DNA of 64,000 bases, from the NCBI GenBank assembly GCA_963709585.1, contig CAVPXI010000006.1, positions 160,001 through 224,000 on the forward strand, written 5' to 3'. The stretch is from Candidatus Dormiibacterota bacterium (GTDB lineage: Bacteria > Chloroflexota > Dormibacteria > Aeolococcales > Aeolococcaceae). Under the pieces are notes generated by a model. It did no database searches. It was not told the origin of the DNA and worked only from the letters and a program-made list of their open reading frames with translations. Each line of letters starts with the position of its first letter. Position 1 is the stretch's first letter. Of this stretch, positions 30,127-42,322 are shown in pieces. A program made the position numbers and the translations under genes.

Positions 30127-30829
30127 TCATCGGCGTGGCCGGGGACCGCAGCAGGAGCGACGTGATCGCCGCGAGGAGCGGGTGCGCTGCGCGTTCGGGG
30201 GCACTGGCGCCCGCCTCTTCGAGCGCCGCGTCCAACCTGAGGAGGTCCGCCGCCAGCACCCGCACCGCGGCGTGGATGATCGCCGCCGGGTCGCCGGCGT
30301 CCGCCGCCTCCCAACCGTTGTCGGCAGTCGCCGGGGGAACCTCCGGTGCGTACTCCACGCCGTCACGCGCTCCGGTGAGGTATGCGGTCGCCCAGACGTC
30401 GTAGCCGAGTGCCTCCGGGTGGCGGATGCGCGCGGCGAGACGCCGTAACGGGTCGGGCTCGCCGCCAATCAGCGCGGCCTGCTCGACGAGCCGGAACACG
30501 AGCAGCTTCTGATACCGGGCCACCCAGTATCGAGAGACACCAGCAGTGAGCAGCCGGGAGAGCCGTACCTGGGCAATGCTCACCCTGGTGATCGCCGTAC
30601 CGCCGCCATCGGGAACGAGCACTTCGACATCGCGGCCAACGTCCCAGACGCCACCAAGGAGGCGGACGATCGACGTCGGGCGCCAGACTTCCGCGGACCC
30701 GTCCCACCAGTCGACCGGGACATCACCGAACGACCGCTCACCAGTACTCGTCAGGAGGGCCTGGTGCAGCTCCTCCCGCGGGCGCGTGGCCAAGAGCGAC
30801 CAGCCGTCGGGAAGTGCGTGTGTGGTCAT
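30092..30829 (-). CDS. Hypothetical protein
   Basis: 245-aa ORF with globular composition (MTTHALPDGWSLL...). Confidence 0.6.
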   Translation of the reverse strand: MTTHALPDGWSLLATRPREELHQALLTSTGERSFGDVPVDWWDGSAEVWRPTSIVRLLGGVWDVGRDVEVLVPDGGGTAITRVSIAQVRLSRLLTAGVSRYWVARYQKLLVFRLVEQAALIGGEPDPLRRLAARIRHPEALGYDVWATAYLTGARDGVEYAPEVPPATADNGWEAADAGDPAAIIHAAVRVLAADLLRLDAALEEAGASAPERAAHPLLAAITSLLLRSPATPMISPAGSDSHLA

Positions 30830-31231
30830 CGAAGTTGGTACTGGGATGTGGAGGGAACGCATGCTGTGAAGCGGCGCGATGCCGTGACCTGGCGTGCAGT
30901 ATGCCCCGGATCCTCCAAAAACGGTGTACTGCAGCCGACATATCCGCGCCGCGAGCGGCTCCTCGTTCTCTGGCGGCCGGCGACCTCGTGTGCGGCAGAG
31001 GCTGGAGGCGGTGCCAGCCTCTGTAGAACAAGCATATCGTTGCGCTCGACCTCGGGTGACGGGCTCCGCGGCCGACGCACGCGGCCACAGCACTCCGATC
31101 CTCAGCAAGCGACAACAAGCGCCGCCGGTGCCGGGCCTCAGTGAGCCACTGAAGAGCGCGCCATGTGCGCGGCGGCGCGACGCCCGTGGACGACGGCGCA
31201 TCCGCTACGAGCACAGGCGGTGCCCACTACC

Positions 31232-31329
31232 GGCAGAGGTGGTGGTGACGCCGGCTCACCGCGAATCTCGCAGCGAGCGCAGCGAGCGAACGCTGAGCGA
31301 GGGAGCCGGCGTCCGCCGCCGCCTCTGCC
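31232..31329. repeat. REP/MITE-like long inverted repeat
   Basis: GGCAGAGGTGGTGGTGACGCCGGCTC ... GAGCCGGCGTCCGCCGCCGCCTCTGCC with internal GCGAGCGCAGCGAGCG. Confidence 0.6.
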
Positions 31330-31350
31330 CACCGCGTGCGGCGCAAGTGG

Positions 31351-31780
31351 CTAAGCAGGCGGAGGCGCCGTCGTCCACCACGCGTCAACGTCGCCATGCC
31401 ACGTCGTCGCGCGATGCAGCGCGCGAACGACTGTTTTGATGTTGCCGCGAACGTTGAAGTCGCCGACGACTTCGCAGTACCGAGGGTCGAGGAGCGAGAC
31501 CAGGTCGGTGAGGACGATGTTCACGACGTCCTCGTGGTAGACATGCTGATCGCGGTACGCGTTGATGTAGAGCTTCAAGGATTTTTAATTCCACGCAGCG
31601 CGGACCCGGCACATAGCGGATGTGCAGGGTGGCGAAGTCCGGGAATCCCGAAATCGGGCAGAGGCACGTGAACTCGGGGATCGTGAACTGGATCGTGTAG
31701 TCGCGCTCCGGGGTGCGGTTGTCGAACGCCTCGAGTCTCGCCTCGCCGATCGCGCGCGTTCCGTACAGCTCCTCGCTCAT
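31351..31780 (-). CDS. queF: preQ0 reductase (type I), frameshift in A5 run at 31582-31586
   Basis: EFTCLCP..G.PDFA, VELK(S)LKLY, HE, FNVRGNI. Confidence 0.92.
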
Positions 31781-32499
31781 TGCTCGGCCCCGCGCAAGCG
31801 TGCGCGCAGCGCCGCGAGCGGAATCGGCGCGAACTTGGTGTCCCGGTCGAAGGTGTCCACCCCCTCGACGCGCTTGAGGGCGGTGACCAGCGCGTAGGTG
31901 ATCGGCGTAGCGATGACTTCGTACAGCACCTTCACGATCCACACATCCCGAATGATGATGATCAGCACCGACCAGGGCTGGATGCCGGCGAACGCCAGCG
32001 AGATGAACACCGCGCTGTCAACTCCCTGACCGACGAGCGTCGATCCGATGGTTCGCGTCCAGAGGAAGCGGCCGCTGGTCGCGACCTTCAATCTCGCCAT
32101 GACGAACGCGTTGAGAAATTCCCCGAGTAGATATGCGCTCAGCGACGCGAGCACGAGGCGCGGGCTCTCACCGAGCACGCGTGCGTACGCCGCCTGGTCG
32201 CTGTAGTGCGGATCGGCGGGAACGGCGATTGCGGCGGCGATGAACAGCACGACGATGATGTTCGCGAAGAAGCCGGTCCAAATCACCGTGCGCGCGACGC
32301 GGTATCCCCACACCTCGGTGAGCACGTCCCCGAAGAGATACGCGAGCGGGAAGATCACGATTGCCGCGGGCACCGAGAACGGCCCGACCGCGGCGATCTT
32401 GACCGCGAGGATGTTCGATGCCACGAGCGTCGCGACGAAGAGCGATGAGATCGTGAGCAGCAGCGGGCTCGGGGGGCGCGTCGGGTTCGGCGGTGTCAT
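31777..32499 (-). CDS. yhhQ: Queuosine precursor transporter (YhhQ/COG1738)
   Basis: [30 protein letters not shown]; ATGA overlap with queF. Confidence 0.92.
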   Translation of the reverse strand: MTPPNPTRPPSPLLLTISSLFVATLVASNILAVKIAAVGPFSVPAAIVIFPLAYLFGDVLTEVWGYRVARTVIWTGFFANIIVVLFIAAAIAVPADPHYSDQAAYARVLGESPRLVLASLSAYLLGEFLNAFVMARLKVATSGRFLWTRTIGSTLVGQGVDSAVFISLAFAGIQPWSVLIIIIRDVWIVKVLYEVIATPITYALVTALKRVEGVDTFDRDTKFAPIPLAALRARLRGAEQ

Positions 32500-32529
32500 G
32501 GGGAGTCGCACAGCGTAGAAGATCTCGCG

Positions 32530-33393
32530 GTGAGCAGACGCGGCCTGGTGCTCTTCGTGGCGATGTGCGTGATCTGGGGTATCCCGTACCTGCTCATCAA
32601 GGTCTCGCTCGAGGGCCTCGGGCCGATCGACCTCGTGTTCGTTCGGTTCGCGCTGGGGGCGCTGCTGCTCGTCCCGATCGCGCTCACCCGTGTCAAGGTC
32701 CGTCCGATTCTCGGCCGGTGGGGATGGATCGTCGCCTACACCATCATCGAGATGGGGGTCCCGTGGGTGCTCCTGTCCGATGCGGAGTTGCGCATCTCGA
32801 GCTCGCTCTCGGGACTGCTGGTTTCGACGGTGCCGCTCATCGGCGTCGTGATCGGGCTGCTGACGCGGAGCGGGGAGCGCCACGGGTGGCGCCGGATCCT
32901 CGGACTCTGCGTCGGGCTCGTCGGGGTCGGCGTGCTCGTCGGTTTCGATGTCTCGTCGTCCACCTTCGGTGCGGTCGCCGAGGTCCTGGTGGTCGCGATC
33001 TGCTACGCCATCGGGCCGTACATCATCAACAGGAAGCTGAGCGACCTTCCCGCCCTCGGGGTGATCGCGAGCTCGCTCCTGCTTGCGGCCGTCGCCTACG
33101 CGCCGGCTGCGATCGTCCAGTTCCCGCATGCGTGGCCCTCAGGGCAGGTGATGGCCGCGGTGCTCACGCTCGGCGTGGTGTGCACCGCTCTCGCGTTCCT
33201 GCTCTTCTTCGCTCTCATCGGCGAGATCGGGCCGGTCCGCGCGACCGTGATCACGTACGTGAACCCCGCGGTCGCGGTGACGCTCGGGGTGCTGTTGCTG
33301 CACGAGCCGCTGACCGGCGGCATCGCCCTCGGGTTCGCCCTCATCCTGGGCGGATCGGTGCTCGCCGCGCGGGCGGCGCCGTCACGGGCCTGA
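32530..33393 (+). CDS. EamA/DMT family transporter
   Basis: IWGIPY, ITYVNPAVAV; about 10 TM. Confidence 0.92.
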   Translation: MSRRGLVLFVAMCVIWGIPYLLIKVSLEGLGPIDLVFVRFALGALLLVPIALTRVKVRPILGRWGWIVAYTIIEMGVPWVLLSDAELRISSSLSGLLVSTVPLIGVVIGLLTRSGERHGWRRILGLCVGLVGVGVLVGFDVSSSTFGAVAEVLVVAICYAIGPYIINRKLSDLPALGVIASSLLLAAVAYAPAAIVQFPHAWPSGQVMAAVLTLGVVCTALAFLLFFALIGEIGPVRATVITYVNPAVAVTLGVLLLHEPLTGGIALGFALILGGSVLAARAAPSRA

Positions 33394-33400
33394 CCCCGGG

Positions 33401-36037
<2,637 letters not shown>

Positions 36038-36079
36038 GGTCGGTTAATACCACCGCCCGGCGGCGGCTAACCTTGTGCG

Positions 36080-36817
36080 ATGCGTTTGACGGTGCTCGGC
36101 AGCGGCAGCGCGTTCAGCACCTGCGGCTGCAACGCCGGGTACCTCGTCGACGGACGCGTGCTCGTGGACTGCGGCGCGCCCGTGCCCGCACTGATTCGCC
36201 GTGCGGCCACGTCGATCGACGCGATCTCGCTGATCCTGCTCACGCACTTCCACGCGGACCACTGCTTCTCGCTGCCGACCTTGCTCGGTGCCAGGGCGTT
36301 CGCGGGCACCCCCACGCCGGGCGCGCTGGCGATCGCCGGACCGGTCGGGACGCGTGAGTACGTGTCGCGCCTGCTGGGTGCCGGCTACGGCTCGCACATC
36401 CAGCACGACGTCGACGTCAACGTCGCCCCCGAGTACGTGGTGCTGCAGGAGGGCAGCGACGTCGAGATTGCCGGCTATCGGGTGCAAAGCCATGCGGTGG
36501 TGCACAGCACCGGCCCGTCACTTGCGTACCGTTTGAGCGACACCGCGGGTGCCTCGGTCGGGTTCTCCGGTGACAGCGAGCTGTGCGCCGGGCTCCGCCG
36601 TTCGATCGCCGGATGCGACCTCTACGTATGTGAGTGCACCGGGTGGGACGGCCCGACTCCCGGCGGTCATCTGTGGCGCGACGAGGTCGCGGAGCTGATC
36701 GCCGAGAATCCGAGCACGCGGTTTCTGCTGAGCCATCTGAGCGAACGCCGCCACCTGCCGGGCGCACTTGTCGCCCACGACCTGCTCAGCCTGGAGATCG
36801 CCTCGGCCGCAAGGTAG
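36080..36817 (+). CDS. RNase Z-like MBL-fold hydrolase
   Basis: LGSG, THFHADH, FSGDS, ECT, HL. Confidence 0.85.
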   Translation: MRLTVLGSGSAFSTCGCNAGYLVDGRVLVDCGAPVPALIRRAATSIDAISLILLTHFHADHCFSLPTLLGARAFAGTPTPGALAIAGPVGTREYVSRLLGAGYGSHIQHDVDVNVAPEYVVLQEGSDVEIAGYRVQSHAVVHSTGPSLAYRLSDTAGASVGFSGDSELCAGLRRSIAGCDLYVCECTGWDGPTPGGHLWRDEVAELIAENPSTRFLLSHLSERRHLPGALVAHDLLSLEIASAAR

Positions 36818-39077
36818 CCTGGCGGAGCGCTCGTCGCCAGATCCGGAGCGCCTGCGCTCGCTCGGACGGCGTGGCGCCGGATGCGCTGAACTCGGCGCGC
36901 GCGGTCACGTTCGCGAGCTCGCCGAGCGCCGCTCGAGCCCGGGGTCGAGCCCGGGCAAGCCGCGACGCAAATGCCCGGTGGGTCTCGGCTGATCGCCGGT
37001 CGACCCCGGAGATGACCCCTAGGGTCTCCACGCGCTTCCAGGCGCCGGCCAGTGAGCGCGGCAGCAGCATCCAGAGCAGCGCCGCGGCGATCAGGACGAC
37101 GATGCCGCCGAGCGCCGCCAGCGAGATCATTACCGACGCCGGGAGGGATGCGTGGCCCTTCGGAGTCTGGGTCACCTTGGGAGTGCCCACATCCGCAAAG
37201 CCGGGCTTCGGGGTCTTGCCCGAGGCGCTGGTCGGCACGGGAGTCGGCGTCGCGATACCGGCGCCCAGCTGGCCGCGGGGGAATGGTTGATAGTTGCCCT
37301 GGCCGGATGGCGGCGTCGGCTCGAAGGGGATCCACCCGTAGCCGGGAAAATACGCCTCGACCCAGTTGTGGGCGTCACTCGTGGTCACCTCTTCCTGGCG
37401 CTGGCCGGCGCGCCCGCTCTGCGCCCGCGCTGTTCCGGGACCGTATCCACCCACCAGCCGGGTCGGGATCTTGAGGCTGCGCAGCATCGATCCCATCGCC
37501 GACGCGAAGTACTGGCAATAGCCCTTGTGGCTCGTGGTCAGGAAGTAGACGACGTTCCAGGTGTTGGGGTCTGAATTCTGCGGTGGGTTCAGCGTGTATT
37601 GGAAGAGGGCGGGATCACGCAGGTGCTGCTCGATCGCGACCGCCTCGTCGTACGGATCCGCCGGCACCCCCTTGATCCACTGCAACGCGAGGCTGTGGAT
37701 CGCCTCCACACCCTGGCTGACGTCGTCGAGCATCACCGTGTACTGGCGCGTCCACCCCGGATAGTTCGTGCCCGCGGCGCTCAGCTGCGCCGCGGTGGCG
37801 GTCGGGATGTACGCGGTCGTGGCGATGGTGGTGCCCGCGACGATGTCGTGATTGAGTTGCACCTCGTCGACGCTGAGCAGCTGGTTCGCATCAGGTCCCC
37901 CCAGCGTTCCGTACGCGGTGCCCGGAAGGTTGGCTGATGCGGGGTCGCCCGTGAATGGGGCGAGCGGTTCCTCACCGGTCGCGTGCGGCTGCATGGTGAG
38001 CGTTGCCGTGATCGTCTGTTCGCTGCTGCCGACGCCACCGTCCGCGAGATTCGTGTCCCGCGGCAGCGGGCCCGGGGAATACAGGACCCCATTCCCACTG
38101 CCATTCTCTGGATACCAGCTGCCGTTGACGAATTGGGTGTCGTCGGCAATCCGGATGTAGACAGGGGCGATGGTATTGACCGAGTACGTCATGACGAGTT
38201 GCGGATGGCTGGTGAGCGGGCCGCCGAGGGTCACCGACGGGCTGAAGCCGATGGTGTCGGCACCGCCCACCGTGGTGGTCCCGGTGCCTCTCGGGTTCGA
38301 GCCGCTGCCGAGCCCGTGGGGGAAGAGCCGCGCCGAGATGTCCGTCGTCGACACCGGAGGGAGCAGCAGCGCCACGATGGTCAGCACCACCGCAACCCCC
38401 GCCGCGCTGCTCCCGAACCGCCAGCCGAGGCCGTCGAGCGCGGTGATGCGCGACGCCGCCCAACGATCGCCCAGGGATCCCAGGTAGGCGGCGGCGACCA
38501 CCGCGAGCGCGAGCACCACCGCGATCGTCTCGGGCAGGGCGATGGGGTCAGGGTCCTGCGCGTTGACGACATTTGTGGCAAGAACCGAGAAGACCGGAAT
38601 CACCGCGAGAACGCCCCGATGTTCGCGCAGGACCATCCATCCGAGCCAGTACCCGCAGAGGAAGAGGATCGCGCACAGGCCCACCGTAAAATCCCAGTCC
38701 TGTGTCGAGGCGAGCCCGGACACGAGCGCGCTCAGATAGTGCCCGGCGATAACGCCCGCGGTCTGGCCTGGAACAGCCGGCATCGCCGCGAGTGTCGTCG
38801 GGACGATGGCCGCGAGCCCGAGAAATGGGGCGGCGACCGCGGCGGCGATGCGCGGGGCGCGCGCCTGGGCGAGCAGCGCCGCCTCGATCACCGATGTGAC
38901 CGCGACCACGATCGCGCCGCCGCCGCCCTGAACCCAGCCGGCGGCCAGCACCGCCCAGGCCGTCGCCGCGATCAGGGCGACGCAGAGGACCGCTGCTATC
39001 TCGAAGCTGTAGCTCCTGCCCGATGCGGTTCGTGCCCGATCGCGGAGTTGGACGGTGCGGTCGACGTAGGCGTCCAT
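36786..39077 (-). CDS. Membrane transglutaminase-like protein (TgpA-like)
   Basis: Multi-TM N-terminus; GYCQYFA, AHNWVE, WIPFEPTP. Confidence 0.92.
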   Translation of the reverse strand: MDAYVDRTVQLRDRARTASGRSYSFEIAAVLCVALIAATAWAVLAAGWVQGGGGAIVVAVTSVIEAALLAQARAPRIAAAVAAPFLGLAAIVPTTLAAMPAVPGQTAGVIAGHYLSALVSGLASTQDWDFTVGLCAILFLCGYWLGWMVLREHRGVLAVIPVFSVLATNVVNAQDPDPIALPETIAVVLALAVVAAAYLGSLGDRWAASRITALDGLGWRFGSSAAGVAVVLTIVALLLPPVSTTDISARLFPHGLGSGSNPRGTGTTTVGGADTIGFSPSVTLGGPLTSHPQLVMTYSVNTIAPVYIRIADDTQFVNGSWYPENGSGNGVLYSPGPLPRDTNLADGGVGSSEQTITATLTMQPHATGEEPLAPFTGDPASANLPGTAYGTLGGPDANQLLSVDEVQLNHDIVAGTTIATTAYIPTATAAQLSAAGTNYPGWTRQYTVMLDDVSQGVEAIHSLALQWIKGVPADPYDEAVAIEQHLRDPALFQYTLNPPQNSDPNTWNVVYFLTTSHKGYCQYFASAMGSMLRSLKIPTRLVGGYGPGTARAQSGRAGQRQEEVTTSDAHNWVEAYFPGYGWIPFEPTPPSGQGNYQPFPRGQLGAGIATPTPVPTSASGKTPKPGFADVGTPKVTQTPKGHASLPASVMISLAALGGIVVLIAAALLWMLLPRSLAGAWKRVETLGVISGVDRRSAETHRAFASRLARARPRARAALGELANVTARAEFSASGATPSERAQALRIWRRALRQATLRPRRSPG

Positions 39078-39081
39078 GCCG

Positions 39082-40276
39082 TCAGCCGGTTGCCGACGCG
39101 CGCTCGCCCGACCCGAGCACATCGCCGCGACGGACCACCCACCAGTCGAGGGCAAGGCGCCACGACGCCGGTATGCGCAACGCCTGTCCGGTAGCTCCGA
39201 ACGACGTCGGCTCGATGAAGATGCAGAGATGGCGCTGGCCGCGGGTGGCGCTGTCGACCAGCGCCTCCACCCAGGCGCTCGAACGGTTGGGGGTGATCAC
39301 CACCATGCCGCCGCGTCCACGCCAGCCGTCGCCGTACTTGCTGATCGTCTCGGCCAGACTCCGCACCCCGTCGTCGGTGGCGAGCGCGAGAAAGTCGAGG
39401 AGCCGGAGGCGCTGCACCTCGCCGCGCCCGGCGCCGAAGTTCGTGGCGTTGCGCGAATTGGTGACCAGGCCCACGGCCTGACCGCGCCGGATCGCCCCGT
39501 GCAGCACCGACGCGGTGATCGAGATGGCGTATTCGATCGAGGAACTCAATGCCGGTGCCGGCATGCACGCCGCGTTCGAGGTCGAGAACGATGAGCAGGT
39601 CGGCGCTCTGGCCGGTGTCGAACGTCCGGCTGATCAATCTGCCGGTGCGCGCGGTCGACGCCCAGTGGATGCGGCTCAGCCCGTCGGTTGGGGCGTAATC
39701 GCGGATGGTCGAGACGTCGGGCGGCACGTCAACCGGCTGGCCGCGATGCGCCTCGGCGACACCGTTGCCACTCCATTGCGGCACGCTGTGCAGAAGCGCG
39801 TGAATCGCCGGGTAGACGACCACCTCGTTCTCGGGCGCGACCCGGATACGTCGCGGAAAGAGCCCGAAGGGGTCGCCGAGGCGCGCCTCGAGCGGACCGA
39901 AGTGATGCACACCGCGGAGGTTGAACATGCCCCGCGCGGTCCAGGTGACCGTCCCGCCGGCAGCCAGCGCGAAGGCACGTCCGGGCGTGTAGCCGGGGAG
40001 CTTGGTGCCGTCGCGAACCTCGCAGTAGGGAAGGCGAAGCCCGCTTTCATTCTTGACCGTGAAGGTCTCCTCGAACGGCTCACCCATCATGAACGACCCC
40101 TGCGGCGATTCGCGAGTGACCCGGAGCTTGCGGGCGAGCAGGCGAGACCAGACGTAGGCCACCGCCAGGAGCAGTACGAGCACGTACGCCAATGTGTACG
40201 CAAGACGGACGCCGGTGATCCCGGCAAAGAATGCGAGGACCGCCACGCACGCGATCAGCGGCACGCGCGCGGTCAC
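39082..40276 (-). CDS. DUF58 protein, frameshift near 39543
   Basis: DPFGLF, IRDYAPTDGLSRIHWASTAR; continues in 39082..39564 frame. Confidence 0.9.
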
Positions 40277-40307
40277 GACGCGCTCCGGGCGCGCGCCGCG
40301 ATGCCGG

Positions 40308-41264
40308 TCACGCCAGGCGCCGGCCCGTCATCGGCACCGACTCCGTCGCCAGCACCTCGTCAAGCACCGAGGCGGCGGTGAGACCGCGCAGTTCGGCATT
40401 GGGCCGGAGCATGACCCGATGCTCGAGCACGTTGGCGGCAATGTCCTTGATGTCGTCGGGGAGCACGAAATCGCGACCGGCGAGCGCTGCACGGGCCTGT
40501 CCCGCATGGAGCAGGCCGAGCGTGCCGCGAGGGGAGGAGCCGAGCGATACGTCTCGGTGCTCCCGGGTGCGCCGAACGATGCGCACGCAGTACTCCTTGA
40601 GCGACGCGTCGCAGTAGATGCCGCGGCACACCTCCTGCGCCGCCTTGATCTCGTCGGCGTCGGTGACCGGTGTGAGCGCTTCCAGCGGGCTGCCTGACTG
40701 GAAGCGATCGAGCATCGCCACCTCTTCGTCGGCGGGAAGGTACCCGAGGCGCAACTTGAGGAGGAAACGATCGACCTGCGCCTCGGGGAGCGGGAACGTT
40801 CCACCGAGCTCGATGGGGTTCTGCGTCGCCAGGACCATGAATGGCTCGGGGAGTGGATGGCTGGTGCCGTCCACGGTCACCTGCCACTCCTCCATCGCCT
40901 CGAGCAGCGCCGACTGGGTTTTCGGCGTCGCTCGATTGATCTCGTCGGCGAGCAGCACCTGGGCGAAGATCGGTCCCCGGCGGAACTCGAAGGTTTGCGC
41001 CTGCGGGTTGTAGACGCTCACCCCGGTCACATCACCGGGAAGCAGGTCCGGGGTGAATTGCACCCGCTCGAAGCTGCACCCGCTGCTCCGGGCCAGTGCC
41101 TTGGCCAGGAGCGTCTTGCCGGTGCCCGGAACGTCCTCGATCAGAAGGTGGCCGTGGCACAGAAGCCCCACGATGCAGAGTTCGATCTCCGCTTCCTTCC
41201 CGACGATGACCGTCCCAAGGCTCTCCCGCAGACGCCGTGCCATTGCCTGGACATCGACGTTCAT
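40308..41264 (-). CDS. moxR: MoxR family AAA+ ATPase
   Basis: EDVPGTGKT, DEINRA, ATQNPIE, LPEAQVDRF. Confidence 0.95.
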   Translation of the reverse strand: MNVDVQAMARRLRESLGTVIVGKEAEIELCIVGLLCHGHLLIEDVPGTGKTLLAKALARSSGCSFERVQFTPDLLPGDVTGVSVYNPQAQTFEFRRGPIFAQVLLADEINRATPKTQSALLEAMEEWQVTVDGTSHPLPEPFMVLATQNPIELGGTFPLPEAQVDRFLLKLRLGYLPADEEVAMLDRFQSGSPLEALTPVTDADEIKAAQEVCRGIYCDASLKEYCVRIVRRTREHRDVSLGSSPRGTLGLLHAGQARAALAGRDFVLPDDIKDIAANVLEHRVMLRPNAELRGLTAASVLDEVLATESVPMTGRRLA

Positions 41265-41452
41265 GGTGATCCTCGCGCCTTCTCAACCGGGCTGGTGAGT
41301 CAGTTGACCTTGCCCGGAGTATACGGTCGTCGGCTACAGTTCCAGCATCACCCAACAGGGTGACCGGCACGACCGCGCCAAAGCGTTGTATAACTGCACC
41401 TTGAGATCCATGGCTGGGGTCTCCATACGCGGACGGTCTGGAGGAGGAGGAA

Positions 41453-41710
41453 TTGGCAGAGCGCGAGGAAGAGATCCTCACAACTGGCGAAGCGGCGGCA
41501 CTCTGCGGTGTGTCCCGTTCGACGCTCCGTCGCGCCGTCGCTCAGGGTCACTTGCGCGCCTGGCACACGCCCGGAAAGCACCTTCGGTTCACGCGCGCCG
41601 CGTGTCTGGAGTTCGCGCAATCACTGGGCAGGGTCGACCTCATCGGCCAGTCCTATCGCGAGGTTCCTGTTACCGGGCAACCCGCGCAGGCAGGGGTCGT
41701 CGGGGGCTGA
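41453..41710 (+). CDS. Excisionase-like (MerR/HTH_17) DNA-binding protein
   Basis: LTTGEAAALCGVSRSTLRR...TPGKHLRF; strong SD GGAGGAGG. Confidence 0.85.
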   Translation: MAEREEEILTTGEAAALCGVSRSTLRRAVAQGHLRAWHTPGKHLRFTRAACLEFAQSLGRVDLIGQSYREVPVTGQPAQAGVVGG

Positions 41711-41735
41711 TCCGCGATCCTGCCGGGTGTCGCCT

Positions 41736-42245
41736 CTAGCGTTTTCCGGACAGCAGGCCGCCGACCGAGCCACCGAACAGAGCGAGCAGGTCGCCGCTGA
41801 AGAGATTGCCCAGGTCCATCGGGCCGAGGTCGATCAGGTGATGGCTGTTGGTGGCGAGCGACGCCGCGATGGTCGATGACTCCTGGAAGAAGGTGTAGAC
41901 CGCGCCGACCGCAATGAAGCCGACGGCGACGACGATGCCCTGGTAGAGACCGAAACGGCCCGCGAGCCTCGCGGCGAGCCAGCCGCCGAGGATCACCGCG
42001 AGGAGGGTCGCCACACCGACGACGCCACCGTCGAGGCTGCCCGATGAGCCGAAGGCCGCGTTGGCGGCGATGAGCCCGGCGTTGCTGATGACCAGGAGGG
42101 CGACCTCGCCGACCAGCAGCCCGACCAGGCAGTGACGCCAGGAGATCGTGTGCCCCGAGTAGACCGCCGCCGGGGCCGGCGAACGCCGCGAGCCGGTGCT
42201 GGCCGACGTCTGCCGCCGCTTCGGAGACCGCGTTTCGGTGGCCAT
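41736..42245 (-). CDS. Hypothetical 4-TM membrane protein
   Basis: Hydrophobic, GG.LAAR motif; TATACT -10 box 7 nt upstream. Confidence 0.7.
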   Translation of the reverse strand: MATETRSPKRRQTSASTGSRRSPAPAAVYSGHTISWRHCLVGLLVGEVALLVISNAGLIAANAAFGSSGSLDGGVVGVATLLAVILGGWLAARLAGRFGLYQGIVVAVGFIAVGAVYTFFQESSTIAASLATNSHHLIDLGPMDLGNLFSGDLLALFGGSVGGLLSGKR

Positions 42246-42322
42246 CGCGTGGAGTATACGAATCTGTCGCCAGCCGGCCGCGATCGGTTTTCGCGGCAGC
42301 GCGGCATCTACGCTGCGCTCGC

